Source: Octopus vulgaris
Taxonomy: Eukaryota
Assembly (NCBI GenBank): GCA_951406725.2
Contig: OX597831.1
Coordinates: 65,906,001 to 65,970,000, forward strand
Length of the DNA stretch: 64,000 nt
Reading direction: 5' to 3'
A model generated the notes under the pieces. The model ran no database searches. It saw only the letters and a program-made list of their open reading frames with translations, and was not told where the DNA came from. Positions within the stretch are counted from its first letter, which is position 1. The number at the start of each line of letters is the position of its first letter. Made by a program: the position numbers and the translations under genes. This document shows positions 25,488-38,841 of the stretch, piece by piece.

Positions 25488-26194
25488 ATAAATCCCTGGG
25501 TTATAAAATATCTTATATAGAAGACAAAAATATTTTGAAGCAACACGAAATGATAAATGACTTCAATGAGAGCTGAAGAAATCAAGGTGTCTTCCTTAAT
25601 GCTCTTAAAATCGATATTAATATGGCTATTATGATTATCATTAAGAAGCACATCATACGAAGTGACAAGATACTGTTATTCATATGTCATCACTTTGTTC
25701 AAGTGGAAAGAGAGAGAGAGAAACAGAGACAGAGAGAAGGGAAAAGTCATACATAATGTCTGAATGATGAATAAACTTGAAATTAACATGTAGTTTGGTA
25801 TTGAACGGCAATGATATGCATCAACTTAATTTCCCCCCAACCCTGTGGTGACTCACTAATTTTTCAGATGCTCTTCTCAAAATTATTTCATAGAATGTGA
25901 TTATTACACAAACCAGCATATGTTATTGAATTCCGTATTGGAAATTACATTCAGCAATTGCTATAAATTAATTTCATGATTAAATTCCAAGTTAAAGAAA
26001 AGTATGTGTATGATGATAGCTGGCGGGTTCATAATTTTGACCTAGTTAAAATATCAACAAGTTGAGAGCAATCTATAGAATTCTACGACTTCTCAGAAAT
26101 GGTGTGAGTTTGACAAGCGCTGAAAATGTTTTGATTATTTCTTTTAATGAAGTAACTCGAGTTTTGTTTTCCTAAAAATATCTTGTGTTAGGAG

Positions 26195-26327
26195 CTGTGT
26201 TTCTCAACCTTTTTACCCTAGCATAACCCTTAAAATAAATTACATGTCTCAAGGAACCCTTGCACAACAAAAAAATTATATACCATATCTTTCTCATAGT
26301 TTTTTCATCATAGTTCACATGGTAAAT

Positions 26328-26375
<48 letters not shown>

Positions 26376-26923
26376 TAACAATAAGGATTTTGCAACAAGT
26401 TGCTTGACCACATACCGAAAATTTTAGAAGTAGCAGCTAAAAGACTACTATTTCCTTTTTCTCCACAGACAACAATATTGTTGTCTGTGGAGACATATTT
26501 TTGGAGAAAAAGGAAATAGTAGTTGTTGAGCTGCTATTTCTAAAATTTTCAGTATGTGGTCAAGCAACTTGTTGTAAAACCCTTATTGTTATAATTATAT
26601 ATAAAAAAACTTTTTCTATAAGTTTTTACCGAATATGGGTCCTTTTCCATACCGAAAAACTACTTGGTGAAATTTGTTGATTTTATTAAATTAATTATCT
26701 TTCACCCTATATCTGTAATGTATATATATATATATATATATAAGTAAGTATGTATGTATATGGTTGTTATATTTTTTATTAACATAAGTTTGATAGGATG
26801 ATGTCTATATTACAATATTACAATAACCAACATGTTGTGCATGTATAGTAATATTACGATCTTTCTTGGGGAACCCCTAGGACACCTTTGCAGAACTCTA
26901 GGATTCCAGGGAACCCCAGTTGA
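26195..26923. mobile_element. hAT-Charlie-type MITE interrupted by a fold-back element
   Basis: Starts ctgtgtttctcaacc and ends ggaaccccagttga (eroded). Confidence 0.5.
26371..26720. mobile_element. PLE-type fold-back element in (TA)n
   Basis: ~95-bp arms (aattataacaataagg...ttcctttttctcca / tggagaaaaaggaa...ccttattgttataatt) with inner palindrome ctccacagacaacaatattgttgtctgtggag. Confidence 0.6.
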
Positions 26924-27483
26924 TGTTCATTCTATGGATTTTTTTACACACAGTTCCCAAAGATGATTTATTTTACTGAGATTGAAACAATTTCATACTA
27001 GAATGAAGGAATTTATATATTTACTAGTGTTATGACTGGTTTCTTAATTACACATGATTTCACAAGATGTATATTGTTTTATACATGAATGGTAAATGAA
27101 AAGAGAGGTGAAAATGATATTTTTCTCTTTTGTTTATTTTTCTCACAAAATACTATATACAATATTAATATTTTAAAAGTATTTCCATTTTCTGTACACA
27201 TTAAAAATTCATGATATCAGTAAGCTGTGTCAAAAAATAAAGCTTTTAGTTTAAATTTTCCAAGTATGAATTTCAAATTTTTCCTTCTTTGTGTCAGAGA
27301 ATCCAAGGGAATTTAGTATCACCAGTTTTCCTTCAAGAAATTAAATTGCTAAAAATGATAAAGTAAAGACATGTATATTTAACAATCACTGTGTCATGTA
27401 TTTAGCAAAAACCACTTTTCTAAAAGACAATATTATTTAATCTTAAAGATACCAAAGTTAACATTGTTCTGTCTTACAGATAT

Positions 27484-27900
27484 ACTCTTTTACTTGTTTC
27501 AGTCATTTGACTGTGGCCATGCTGGAGCACTGCCTTTAGTCGAACAAATCGACCCCAGGACTTATTCTTTGTAAACCTAGTACTTAATCTATCGGTTTCT
27601 CTTTTGCCGAACTGCTAAGTTACGGGGACGTAAACACACCAGCATCGGTTGTCAAGCGATGTTGGAGGGACAAACACAGACACACAAACATATACACACA
27701 CATACATATATATATACATATATATACATACATATATACGACGGGCTTCTTTCAGTTTCCATCTACCAAATCCACTCACAAGGCTTTGGTCGGCCCAAGG
27801 CTATAGTAGAAGACACTTGCCCAAGCTGCCACGCAGTGAGACCGAACCCGGAACCATGTGGTTGGTAAGCAAGCTACTTACCACACAGCCACTCCTGTGC
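27484..27900 (-). mobile_element. tRNA-derived CORE-like SINE
   Basis: 2074 family. Confidence 0.85.
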
Positions 27901-28085
27901 CTATATACCAAGGTTTTAGGTTTATGGTTAAAAGGAAATGAAATTGTGTGATGCTCATGTTCTCTGATAAGCCTTTTAGTGATAATTACGATACATTAGC
28001 CTAGAATAAAATGAACAGTTTTATTAGTATTTCCTCTAGACTGTCAGTAAAATAAAGAAGGAAAGATAAATATATGTATGTATAT

Positions 28086-28121
<36 letters not shown>

Positions 28122-28704
28122 AATAAAGGTGATGTACAGGAAGCTGCACTGTCAAAGTTGATTACCTTTCTTTGTTCTGTGATAGAAAGTTCAGTTACCT
28201 GATGTCAACAAAGGATGTGAATAAGACAAGTGATATTTGCCTATGGTGTTCATGATACCTCCTGTAGATAACATCAGCCATCTGTATTATTTTTAGAATT
28301 AAAAGAAATAGTATATTCTATTTTCATCAATTTGTTGCTTCTAATTTATCAAAAGAGAACTTAATTATTGTTGTAATTAATATCTAATTAATATCTGTGG
28401 CTTTTTTTTTGTATTAAAAGTTTTTTAATCTCTTTCTATATGATTATAATATTTTTTATTCATCAATGATATTAGAATGTTATATAAAACCCTCACCAGC
28501 TGAGGGTAGGAGCATTTTTCAGCATGATCACTACAGTATTCGTTATGGGATAGGAAATACATAAACACTTGTTCATTTGAAAGCAGCACTCCCTGCTGTG
28601 TGATTATGCATCCAAATCTGACTTTTAAGCAAATAGTAATTCAAATAAAAGGCAAGGTAATTGCTGAGAAGTTTCTAAATCACAAAGGTTTCCTGGAATC
28701 GTTT

Positions 28705-28903
28705 CTCTTATACTTGTTTCATTCATTTTCACTGTGGCCATGCAGGGGCACCATCTCGAAGGGTTTTAGTTCAACAAATCAACCCCAAGACTTACTTTTT
28801 TTAAAGCCTAGTACTTAGTAAAGTTATGGGGGTATAAATACACTGGCACTGGTTTGCAAGCAGTGGTGGGGGACAAACACAGACACACACAGACACAGAC
28901 ACA

Positions 28904-28936
<33 letters not shown>

Positions 28937-29085
28937 TCTTCTTCTAGTTTCCATTTACCAAATCCACTCACAAGACTATGATTGGCCCTAGGCTATTGTA
29001 GAAGACACTTAAACAAGGTGCCATTCAGTGGGACTGAACCCAGAACTATGTGGCTAGGAAGCAAGTTTCTTACCACACAGCCAAG
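28705..29085 (-). mobile_element. Older CORE-like SINE copy
   Basis: Diverged 2074 family. Confidence 0.75.
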
Positions 29086-29420
29086 CAACCACCTACGCTG
29101 ATAATGAAAAACCTGTTCTCTTCTAACACAGAATTATATTCTGTAATTCTTTACCTATTGATACTGGTTTCACACACACATACAAATGTGAGTGTATATG
29201 CATGTGTGTGTATGTGTGTGTGTGTGTGTTTGTGAGTGTGTGTGTGCGCGCACATGTGCATGTGTGTTTATAGATCCTCAAAAAAGTGTCATTCTACAAC
29301 TATTATTATTACTGATACATTTCGCACTGACGATATAGCTTTTACTTCTAATACTGTGAAGGAAACTCAGCCACTATTTCAGTGAGTTAAGGAAGTTGCA
29401 AAGCAGATTGGACTACATAT

Positions 29421-29654
29421 CTATTTCTTTATTACCCACAAGGGGCTAAACACAGAGGGGTCAAACAAGGAAAGACATAGGTATTAAGCCGATTACATCG
29501 ACCCCCAGTGCATAACTGGTACTTAATTTATCGACCCGAAAAGGATGAAAGGCAAAGTTGACCTTGGTAGAATTTGAACTCACAACGTAATGGCAGACGA
29601 AATACCGCTAAGCATTTCGCCCGGCGTGCTAACGATTCTGCCAGCTTGCCGCCT
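29421..29654 (-). mobile_element. Meta-domain-type SINE
   Basis: Reverse complement of the 819/51099 family. Confidence 0.85.
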
Positions 29655-29852
29655 TTGGATTACATACCAATGGAAATAAGACTGAGCTTATGGCTTTCAA
29701 TTAACAAAAAGAACATACATATTGAAAGAGTGCAAACATGAAATGTGTGACTGACTTCAAATATCTAGGATCAGGGATCAAAATCTCAAAGAGAGAGAGT
29801 CAATGAATGAAGAATTATATGTGCATGATCAACAATGAATAAGATACCTTTA

Positions 29853-30160
29853 ATCATCATCATCATTATTTAACGTCCATTTTCCATGCTAGCATGGGTT
29901 GGACGGTTTTGACTGAGGGCTGGCAAACCAGATGGCTGCACCAGGCTCCAGTCTTGATCTGGCAGAGTTTCTACATCTGGATGCCCTTCCTAACGCCAAC
30001 TACTCCGAGAGTGTAATGGGTGCTTTAATTACGTACCACCTGCACGGGCGCCAGTCAGGCGGTACTGGCAATGACCTCGCTCGAATCTTTTTACACGTTC
30101 CACTGACACAGGTGCCAGTGAAGCGACGTTGGTAATGATCACGCTCGAATAGTGCCCTTT
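29853..30160 (-). mobile_element. RTE-related SINE, second subfamily
   Basis: (CAT)n tail and ggatgcccttcctaacgcc. Inverted relative to the copy at 32690. Confidence 0.7.
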
Positions 30161-30179
30161 AATATGAGAGCCAATCTAT

Positions 30180-30574
30180 TTAATGGTATTCCAATTCAGT
30201 TATTTTAGTGTTGCTGAATGTTGGTCATCTATGGAAGTAACAGAAAGATTAAAGCTACATAAAGATGTTAATAAGGGTGGAAAACGTTCCCAGGTAGTAA
30301 TATTTACCAAACGGTGTTTTATATGGAAGTATACCGTTATTAACAGAAACTACCAAACAATGCAGACTGAAGTTTGTGGGACACTGTTGGCAATGAAAAG
30401 ATGAAGTTTTACATCAACCATTGCTATGGTAACCAGTATGTGATAAAAGAAGAAGAAGCAGACATTGTCAAACATATGTGCGTTGCTGGAGGACACAAAC
30501 TTTGTAAAGAACTGTATTGCAGAGTTGCAGAGATGGCGGTACATGAGAGAATGTGGAGGAGACTGGTTGATTGA
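30180..30574 (+). pseudogene. RTE-like LINE ORF2 C-terminal remnant
   Basis: Reads YGSIPLLTETTKQCRLKFVGHCWQ*KDE...EMAVHERMWRRLVD, the RL.F.GH motif and C-terminus of RTE-type ORF2. Confidence 0.6.
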
Positions 30575-31049
30575 TTCAAGTGTGCTCTGTCTACATGATG
30601 TGTGTGTGTCTGTGTGTCTGTGTGTGTGAGTGTGTGTGTGTGTGAGAGTGTGTGTGTGTGTGTGCGTGCACATACTTGATAACCATTGACCTATCACATT
30701 AATCTACAAAATGTACTTAATATTTCTATTAAAAATAGTCTTGGAATGCATAATTTGCAGTACAGGTTGGTTTTGATACACCTCTGGGTGTATATTGTAT
30801 ATTTTCACCTGATTGCTGCTGTTTTATACAAGTATTGATTCTATAATCTTATTTCTTTTTCCATACAGCTCAAATAGAATTCACTCGCTTGTCACTTTTA
30901 TACTTAAGAAGAGATAAATAAGAACATATTGAATTTTATCACCAATGAGAAAATAGGCAGAAAACAACTGCTAACGTTCATCTTCAATCAACATAGACAT
31001 ACACATGTCTGAACATTTGTGTGTTTAGTTGTATATATATATATATATA

Positions 31050-31449
31050 GGTGTAGGAGTGGCTGCATGGTAAGTAGCTTGCTTACGAACCACATGGTTC
31101 CAGGTTCAGCCCCACTGCGTGGTACCTTGGGCAAGTGTCTTCTACTATAGCCCTGGGCCGACCAAAGCCTTGTGAGTGGATTTGGTAGACGAAAACTGAA
31201 AGAAGACCATCGTATATATGTATATATATATGTATGTGTGTGTATATGTTTGTGTGTCTGTGTTTGTCCCCCAACATCACTTGACAACCGATGCTGGTGT
31301 GTTTACGTCCCCATAACTTAGCAGTTCAGCAAAACAGATCGATAAAATAAGTACTAGGTTTACAAAGAATAAGTCCTGGGGTCGATTTGCTCGACTAAAG
31401 GCAGTGCTCCAGCATGGCTACAGTCATATGACTGAAACAAGTAAAAAGA

Positions 31450-31451
<2 letters not shown>
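31050..31451 (+). mobile_element. tRNA-derived CORE-like SINE
   Basis: 2074 family. Confidence 0.85.
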
Positions 31452-31502
<51 letters not shown>

Positions 31503-31692
31503 GGTGTGTTTGAATGTACGTGTGTGTACGTATGTGTTAGCATACTGCTTGCATATATCTATGCATTTAAGCGCTCTCTGTTCTTCCTCCTGTTCACACT
31601 TATTTGTTTACACACACACACACATATATACCCACATGTTTGTTTTTTGTTTGCGTGTGTGTAATAATGTGTATGTGTATGCAGTTATTTAC

Positions 31693-31724
<32 letters not shown>

Positions 31725-32689
31725 AGATATATTGATTCAGTAAAAAAATATAAAATTTCTCTCTCCATGGTTTAACTTTAGACGGGGGCTGAGAACTCGA
31801 TACAAAGTTCAGATTCCACAATAGCAATAAGACAAATTTACTTTATTTTTACGTATTTAGCTGTGATTATCTCTTAAAGAAAATCATTGCTTCCATTAGA
31901 TAAATAGATTGGTTGCAAATTTTCTGTAATGTTGCTCGCTGATTTCTATGATTTTTTTTTTTTTTTTTGACCGATGAGTGGAGTTTCCCTACATTTATTT
32001 CCAATATTATATCTTGTCTTAAAGCTACATGCCATAGTAGTAATTGTTTTGTATAAGAAACTTTTCTTTTCATTTTTTTTTTAAAGCTGGTTCTAGAGTA
32101 GTTTATTTGAAACGATAATTGCAGAAAGTGGCTGAATTATTGTTAAGAAGCTACAGAGAAGAAACTGAAAGAAATATTTGGAAAAAAAAAAAATAAATAA
32201 ACGATGATATGGAAATGGATAATCAGGACATAAAAAGTAATGTCTGACTAACATGCAGTAGTATTACATTAGTTCCATATATAAGTCATATAGTTTGCCT
32301 TTCTCTTTGAAGAGAGAAATTGTAGTAAACACAGTTACACTAATCTCTGAACAGCTTTCAGTCTCCCCTACCCACCTCATGGATTTCCAGAACCATTTGC
32401 TATTTTTCAACTCTGGATTAGCCCTAGACAGAGACAGATGTTTTTCTGAACTAGATATTTTGGGATGGTCTTCCTCTTTAAAACATTACAGTATGATTTG
32501 AAACAGATTTAGCTGCAATTTCTGAACACATATACAGGCCGCAGAGAAAAATAACAAAAATAAGTTATTACTGCTAGCAACAAAAACATCTGAGCAATTC
32601 ACATCCTTCATTTTATGTGTGCTTCTCCTGCTAATAATTCCTGTACTTCATATCTGTAGTCCTAGATATCTATTAATGATCCATAGGGT

Positions 32690-33056
32690 GCTAATCCGAG
32701 CATGATTGTTGCCAGAGCAGCCAACTGGCTTCCGTGCCAGTGGCATGTAAAAGGGCACCATTCGAGCGTGCTCGTTACCAACATCACTTCACTAGCACCT
32801 GTGCCGGTGGACACGTGTAAAATGAATCGAGCAAGGTCGTTGCCAGTACCGCCTGACTGGCACCCGTGCTGGTGGCACGTAAAAAGCACCCACTACACTC
32901 TCAGAGTGGTTGGTGTTAGGAAGGGCATCCAGCTGTAGAAACTCTGCCAGATCAAGATTGGAGCCTTGTGCAGCCATCTTGTTCACCAGCCCTCAGTCAA
33001 AATCGTCCAACCCATGCTAGCATGAAAAGTGGACGTTAAGCGATGATGATGATGAT
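32690..33056 (+). mobile_element. RTE-related SINE, second subfamily
   Basis: Ends ccaacccatgctagcatg..ggacgttaagcgatgatgat. Internal repeat units. Confidence 0.7.
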
Positions 33057-33089
33057 GTTTTATTGCATCTTTTTAAGTCCATTGGTTAC

Positions 33090-33960
33090 TCTGAGTACAC
33101 AATACCAACTTTTTACTTTTTCCCTTCCTACATATTGAACAAAGACATTTCCTGGAAGATAATGACTTTTTTTTTTCATTAGATGGCTGTAATTAGGGAA
33201 TTAGGGGACATAGTTTATAAATACAGTTTTAGAGATATAACAGAATTTTATTAACAGTGGGAGTTACATTGTTACAGTCTTGGTTCAGAACTGGAATGTC
33301 ATTAAAAACATGACCTTTTGTTGATTCCTCAAGACTGATTGAAGCAAAGAAGGAAGTTGGTGATCTGTCCAAAATACTAGCAACTGTGTGGTCTCTATTA
33401 AAGACACCTAAGAACTGGATGTGTTTCATTGAAGGTCACAATCTTTTCATGTTAAATTTTTGATCACAGAGATTCCAGACCACACTCGACCACTGTTAGG
33501 AAATACAGCAAATCTAGACTCATCAGAGAATATGACAGTGTCCCAAAATGCTAATGGCCTCTCCACCATCTCACTGGCCCAAACATTTCTCTGCTTGATA
33601 TTGGCTGGTCAAAGATGTGGCTTCCTTCTTCCTGCTCTGTCATAGTTATCAAGATTGTGGAGATACCTGATAGCTGTTCTGGGACTGACATCAACTTGTT
33701 CTGCTGTGTCAGAGGTCTTGCAATGAGGATTATCCACCACACTTCTCTTAGCAAAGAGAAGGGTCCTGTCAGGGGGCCCTTGTTGATCTGGACAAGGTGA
33801 TGTGGACTCCTTTCCCTCTCTGCTCAATCATTCTATTAACTGTAGAAAGCAAGATCCCAAGGTTTTCTGCGATTTTACGCTGACCATATCCACCTTCAAA
33901 ATGACCCACAGTACGGCCTCTTTGAAATTCAGACAGTTTCAAGGCTTCTTTTGTACATGA
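33090..33960 (-). pseudogene. Tc1-like transposase remnant
   Basis: Minus strand VSPRTAIRYLHNL..DRAGRRKPHL...WASEMVERPLAFWDTVIFSDESRF..SGRVW gives the Tc1 HTH and first catalytic D. Confidence 0.8.
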
Positions 33961-34030
33961 CCTGATTAAACAGTCACATATAGAATCTGAAACATAAAAA
34001 TGTCATTTAATAAGAAATATAAACCTTTTC

Positions 34031-34060
<30 letters not shown>

Positions 34061-34061
<1 letters not shown>

Positions 34062-34374
34062 CACAGTGATCACCGTGACCAACCAGGCTATCAGATATTG
34101 CTACACATCGCTGGTCACAATGCGCTTCACATTGTTTTAGCCTTCAAATGATGCCACCCCGCTGGCTAATCGAGCAGGCCAACAGATGAAAGAGTGAGAG
34201 AAAGTTGTGGCAAAAGAGTGCAGCAGGGATCGCCACCCCACCTCCTGCCAGAGACTCATGTAGCTTTAGGTGTTTTCGCTCAATAAACACTCACAACACC
34301 CGGTCTGGGAATTGAAACGGCGATCCTACAACCGCAAGTCTGCTGCCCTAACCACTGGGTCATTGCGCCCCCAC
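34061..34374 (-). mobile_element. Modular tRNA-derived SINE, tail type A
   Basis: Head shared with 41171, 42401, 46570 and 62101. Tail ...gcgcattgtgaccagcgatgtgtagcaa.atctgatagcctgg. Confidence 0.8.
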
Positions 34375-34477
34375 ATATATATATACATATATATATATAT
34401 ACACACACACATACATACATACATGCACACACACACACATGTATATATATGTATATATACATACATACACACACACA

Positions 34478-34610
34478 TGACGGGCTTCTTTCAGTTTCTG
34501 TTGACCAAATCCACCTACAAGGCTTTGAGGCTATAGTAGAAGACACTTGCCCAAGGTGCCATACAGTGGGACTGAACCTGGGAAGCAAGCTTCTTACGAC
34601 ACAGTCACAA
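34478..34610 (-). mobile_element. CORE-like SINE 5' fragment
   Basis: 2074 family, partial. Confidence 0.7.
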
Positions 34611-35045
34611 TGATGATGATATACAACCACCTTCACCATCATCATTTTACTTCTGCTTCCCCCTGTGTTGAAATGGATTGATTGAATCATCACAGTTCAA
34701 GTCAGTTCTTTTTCACAGTTTGACAGATATGCAACGTCATTCGAGAAATTGAGCAAATACGGAAAGAAGTTGGAACTGTGAGCTTACATACACGTTTATG
34801 TCAATTTAAACAAACAATGAAGAAAATACATGATGTTAGTCGAAACAACAAAATTTGATCTATGTCCTAGAAAAAGCAGTTGAATTCTTCTCAAATTATA
34901 CTGTACTGTCTTTAAAGAGAACGTATTAGACAACGTATGTAGCTGATATAATGCTTAAAATTAAGATTGGATTGTTATAGTGGGAACAACTTTGATCATA
35001 AACTTGCTCAATCAGGGCTGGTTTTGAACATGATATAATGTAAAT

Positions 35046-35292
35046 AGTGGTTGTATACTGTCAACTCAATGTGACAGTCCCATAAGGGCATTACACCACC
35101 GCCATTTAGCCCTAGGAAACATCGACGTCTCCTGTCCCGGCTTGCAGGTGTGATTGCCTCCCCTTTGCAAATATAAGGACACAGAAAATGTGTCAAAGCC
35201 AACAGGAGACGTCGATGTTTCCTAGGGCTAAATAGCGGTTGTGTAATTCCCTTTATGGGACTGTCACGTTAAGTTGACAGTATACAACCACT
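35046..35292. mobile_element. MITE / fold-back with ~90-bp TIRs
   Basis: agtggttgtatactgtcaact...gacgtctcctgt vs acaggagacgtc...agttgacagtatacaaccact. Confidence 0.75.
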
Positions 35293-35544
35293 CTATCACT
35301 CCACCACCGCTTATGTCTCTCTGAGACATTTAGAAATTCAATATTTCTAATAATGTAAATATTTTTATAAATAATAATGTTGGATCAATGTAATTAATGA
35401 TACTCCAAAGAGAGATGGCTGAAGAAGGCCAGGAAAGGTGAAATGTAACACTTCATTTGATGGAACACAGAAACAGATGCTAAGAGCAAATATTGTTTAT
35501 GTCAGTGATGTAACTGTTTTATCCAGGTATTGTTCTTCTCCTTG

Positions 35545-35720
35545 CTGTTGCATCAGCAGCAGTGTCATTGTCAACATGGCCATCATTATCCTTGCCACAG
35601 CGTCTGCCATCAACACCACCATTGTCATCCCCCTCTTCCTCATCCTCATCCCCCTCATCCTCCTCATCCTCCTGAGTGCTGCTTTTATAGACATTATCAT
35701 AACCAGCATTATCTTCTGCC
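35545..35720. repeat. Low-complexity (CAT/CCT/CAG) trinucleotide tract
   Basis: Degenerate triplet repeats producing spurious ORFs in several frames. Confidence 0.7.
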
Positions 35721-35824
35721 ACCTGAAGAAAAATGTGATATAAACTTGTGTTTCTTCTGCCAGAATAGAGAAGGAAAAGAATTTCTGGCACTATTATCCA
35801 GATAATAAAATTTCCAGTACCGGG

Positions 35825-36440
35825 GAGTGAGCTGGCAGAATCATTAGTGTTGCGGAAAATACTTCTCTGTATTTGTTCCAGCTCTTTTCATTCTGAGCTC
35901 AAACCCTGCTGATATCAACTTTGTCTTTCTTACCTCCAGGGTTGATAAAATTAAGTTCCAATCAAATACTGTGTTAGATGTCTTGCAAACAACTTGCACA
36001 TGCAAGTGCTACCAGTCAAAAGATCTGTATACCTGAAGCCAACAAGTGTATGGGGTCATCAGGAGAGAATACGCGCTGTTTCGGGGCCTACCTCTTGACA
36101 GCATCGATGGCACCGCCCCCCCCCTCACTGATATGAGGCCCCACTTGCTAGATCAGCTGGTTATGAAGTTAAACTCAATATCCTTCAAGCCATCGCTCAT
36201 CGTCTCTTTTTAACCAAATCCAGTGGCTAGCTTTCTCCACTGTAAATTGGATATCAGTCATGGTGGTATTGACTTTACGATGAGTTAGGCCTAGCGATAA
36301 CAACAGACGTCTCACACTGTGTCCAACGAACCCTCTACATCTGACTTCAATTGGAAAATGTTCCGCTTTCCAGCCTGCGTCGATGATATTGACTAGTTCA
36401 CTTCACTTCCAAATTGCTGGCCTTGTTCTTCAAAAATTAG
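35825..36440 (+). mobile_element. Old Meta-type SINE split by a Hero-like LINE insertion
   Basis: gagctggcagaatcattag...ttagatgt (to ~35980) resumes at ~36390 gactag...ggccttg. Confidence 0.55.
35985..36390 (-). mobile_element. RLE-type (Hero/NeSL-like) non-LTR retrotransposon 3' end
   Basis: 36390-36175 is open: IIDAGWKAEHFPIEVRCRGFVGHSVRRLLLSLG...VEKASHWIWLKRDDERWLEGY*. Confidence 0.8.
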
Positions 36441-36842
36441 GTACCACTAAATGGTACCTATTGTACCATCTATTGCAGTTTACTATAATAAGTAGGTACC
36501 ACAGAGGGATATAGTTCCCTACAGCAAATAGGAACCAGAGAATGATATTCCTCACCACTAAGCAAAGACAACACTAGGTTGGGAGCTGTTGATTTAGAAT
36601 ATGAAAACTGAGATGATTGCAGGTATGTAAGATGGTATCAATGCAGGCATCATTGTTCAGGTCAAAGGTAAAATAGGCTTCAGCATAACCAACAGGTATG
36701 TTGATATAATTGGGACCCCATGCATACTCTGATGATTGATACATACTTAGTAGAAAAGCCGAATTGATATAACTTCATTATTAACAAACACAGTGACAAA
36801 ATGAGCTTAATGGAGAAGAGAAATTACAGAGGATGAAATGTA

Positions 36843-37046
36843 ACTCTTTTACTTGTTTCAGTCACTTGACTGTGGCCATGTTGGATCACCGCCTCTAGTC
36901 GAGCAAATCGACCCCAAGACTTATTCTTTGTAAGTCTAGTACTTAATCTATCGGTTTCTCTTTTGCTGAACCGCCAAGTTATGGGGACGTAAACACACCA
37001 GCATCGGTTGTCAAGTGATGTTGGAGGGACAAACACAGACACACAA

Positions 37047-37115
<69 letters not shown>

Positions 37116-37278
37116 CGACGGGCTTCTTTCAGTTTCCGTCTACCAAATCCACTCACAAGGCTTTGGTCGGCCCGAGGCTATAGCAGAAGACACTTGCCCA
37201 AGGTGCCATGCAGTGGGACTGAACCTGGAACCATGTGGTTCGTAAGCAAGCTACTTACCACACAGCCACTCCTGCGCC
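36843..37278 (-). mobile_element. tRNA-derived CORE-like SINE
   Basis: 2074 family. Confidence 0.85.
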
Positions 37279-38217
37279 TATAAGTTAATAGAGTAGTGAT
37301 GTAGTAGAGTTGAAATGGGCAGACAGTTGAGCAAAAAATTCTATTTCACACAGACTTGTCAATTGCATTTGTTCCATCCCTGGCTTGGCAGATAACAAGA
37401 AAACTAAGTTTACATAGATTTTGGAGTTGTATTAACTTGAGAAGCATTCTGCTAAAGAGATTGAACATGTTGGTATGTAATGAGAGTATCAGCAGTTGTG
37501 ACACAATAGTAAAAAAGGTTTTAAAAAAAAACTGTGAAGATGTTCGGAGCTTTCAATTTACTTTTGTTATGATAGGTTCTTTTGAAAAATTGGTTTGGCA
37601 ACTGAATAAAACATTTCTTCTTCAAAATAGAAAAATGCTCAGCAAAACATTTTAGACAGATTATTACAAAAAAAACAACAACAAAAAAAAACAATATGAA
37701 GTTAAATAATTAAAATGTGCTCTTATATAATATTTTAAAGAGATAATAGCAGTAAAGTATAACGAAGAAAAACTGCAGTGCTAATATCTATGGAAGAGAA
37801 AGGCTTCGGGAAAGTTTCAGTATGTGATAGCTTTAAACAAAAGATAGTATGAAGCCAAATAACTTAAAACATGTTTCCAGAATAACGTATTGGATTTACT
37901 TAACAAATCATTCAATTATCTAACATTCTTTCGGTAAAAGTTTTTTTTTTTTTTCTAACACAATTTTGATACTCTTAACATTGATTAATTTTTTTTTTAT
38001 ATATATATTCATGAAGATTTTAATATGTTTACTTCTAATATAATACAGAAGTAAATATAATATAAAAGTTTTTTTTTTTTAGAAAACATGAAGTATAATA
38101 AATCTCATATATTGTCGTAATAATGATTAATTGAAGGATAGTCACATTAGGCTATCAGTAGGTAAATGACAGAAAATATACAAGGATCTTTTACATGTGT
38201 TGTACAATATAGCATAA

Positions 38218-38312
38218 GCTGTTATATTGTACATTAAATATAGCTATATTATACATTAAATATGCATATAATGTACATTAAATACGCTTATATTGTACAT
38301 TAAGTATACTGT
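38218..38312 (+). repeat. ~23-bp minisatellite, ~4 copies
   Basis: tatattgtacattaaata(tagc) repeated. Confidence 0.75.
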
Positions 38313-38841
38313 ATTTTAATTTGCAGTTTATGTAATAACATTTAGCTGTTTTATTTAATCTGTCTGTTTGCTATAGATTTCATGGGTAAATTGCAAGGAA
38401 TATAATGACATAAATTACATTCTTTTGAGTATCTAAATAATTTAAACTTCTGTGCAGGTGTAGTCAACTGCTTTTGTAAATGAGTCGAGTTGTTTGATGA
38501 AAACATTCATTATGCTTTTCCAAATATGTGGATGTAAAATGTTGCAGAATTAAAAATACAAAAAAAAAAAAGCTAAGAGAAATAACTCACGGGAGGCCAA
38601 TGAGATGAATTTGAACAGCTGAGCTTTCCAAAGTATGTAATTTAACTTAAGAAATATATTCTTAATATTTTGAAATTCTCTCCCTGTTTCTTTGAAGTTG
38701 CTAACAATAGCCATTAAATTCAACACATCACTCATTTATTTAATTAGCTAAAACCTTGCTTTTAATCTGTTTGAATCTAATTATGCAGAATAGCTTTAGA
38801 CAAAAAATACAATTAAATGTATTCCTATATAAAAAGATTTT

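Noticed and set aside
27649-27951. Recurrent ~100-aa ORF MSSDVGGTNTDTQ... as a gene family
   Set aside because: Antisense translation of the CORE-like SINE. Frames vary with microsatellite length.
35519-35791. Acidic or His/Pro-rich protein ORFs
   Set aside because: Degenerate trinucleotide tract open in several frames on both strands, with no convincing splice context.
36050-36145. Hammerhead in the Hero-like 3' UTR (GAAA ... CTGATGA on minus strand)
   Set aside because: The segments that must form stem II are both CCCC and no stem I can be drawn.
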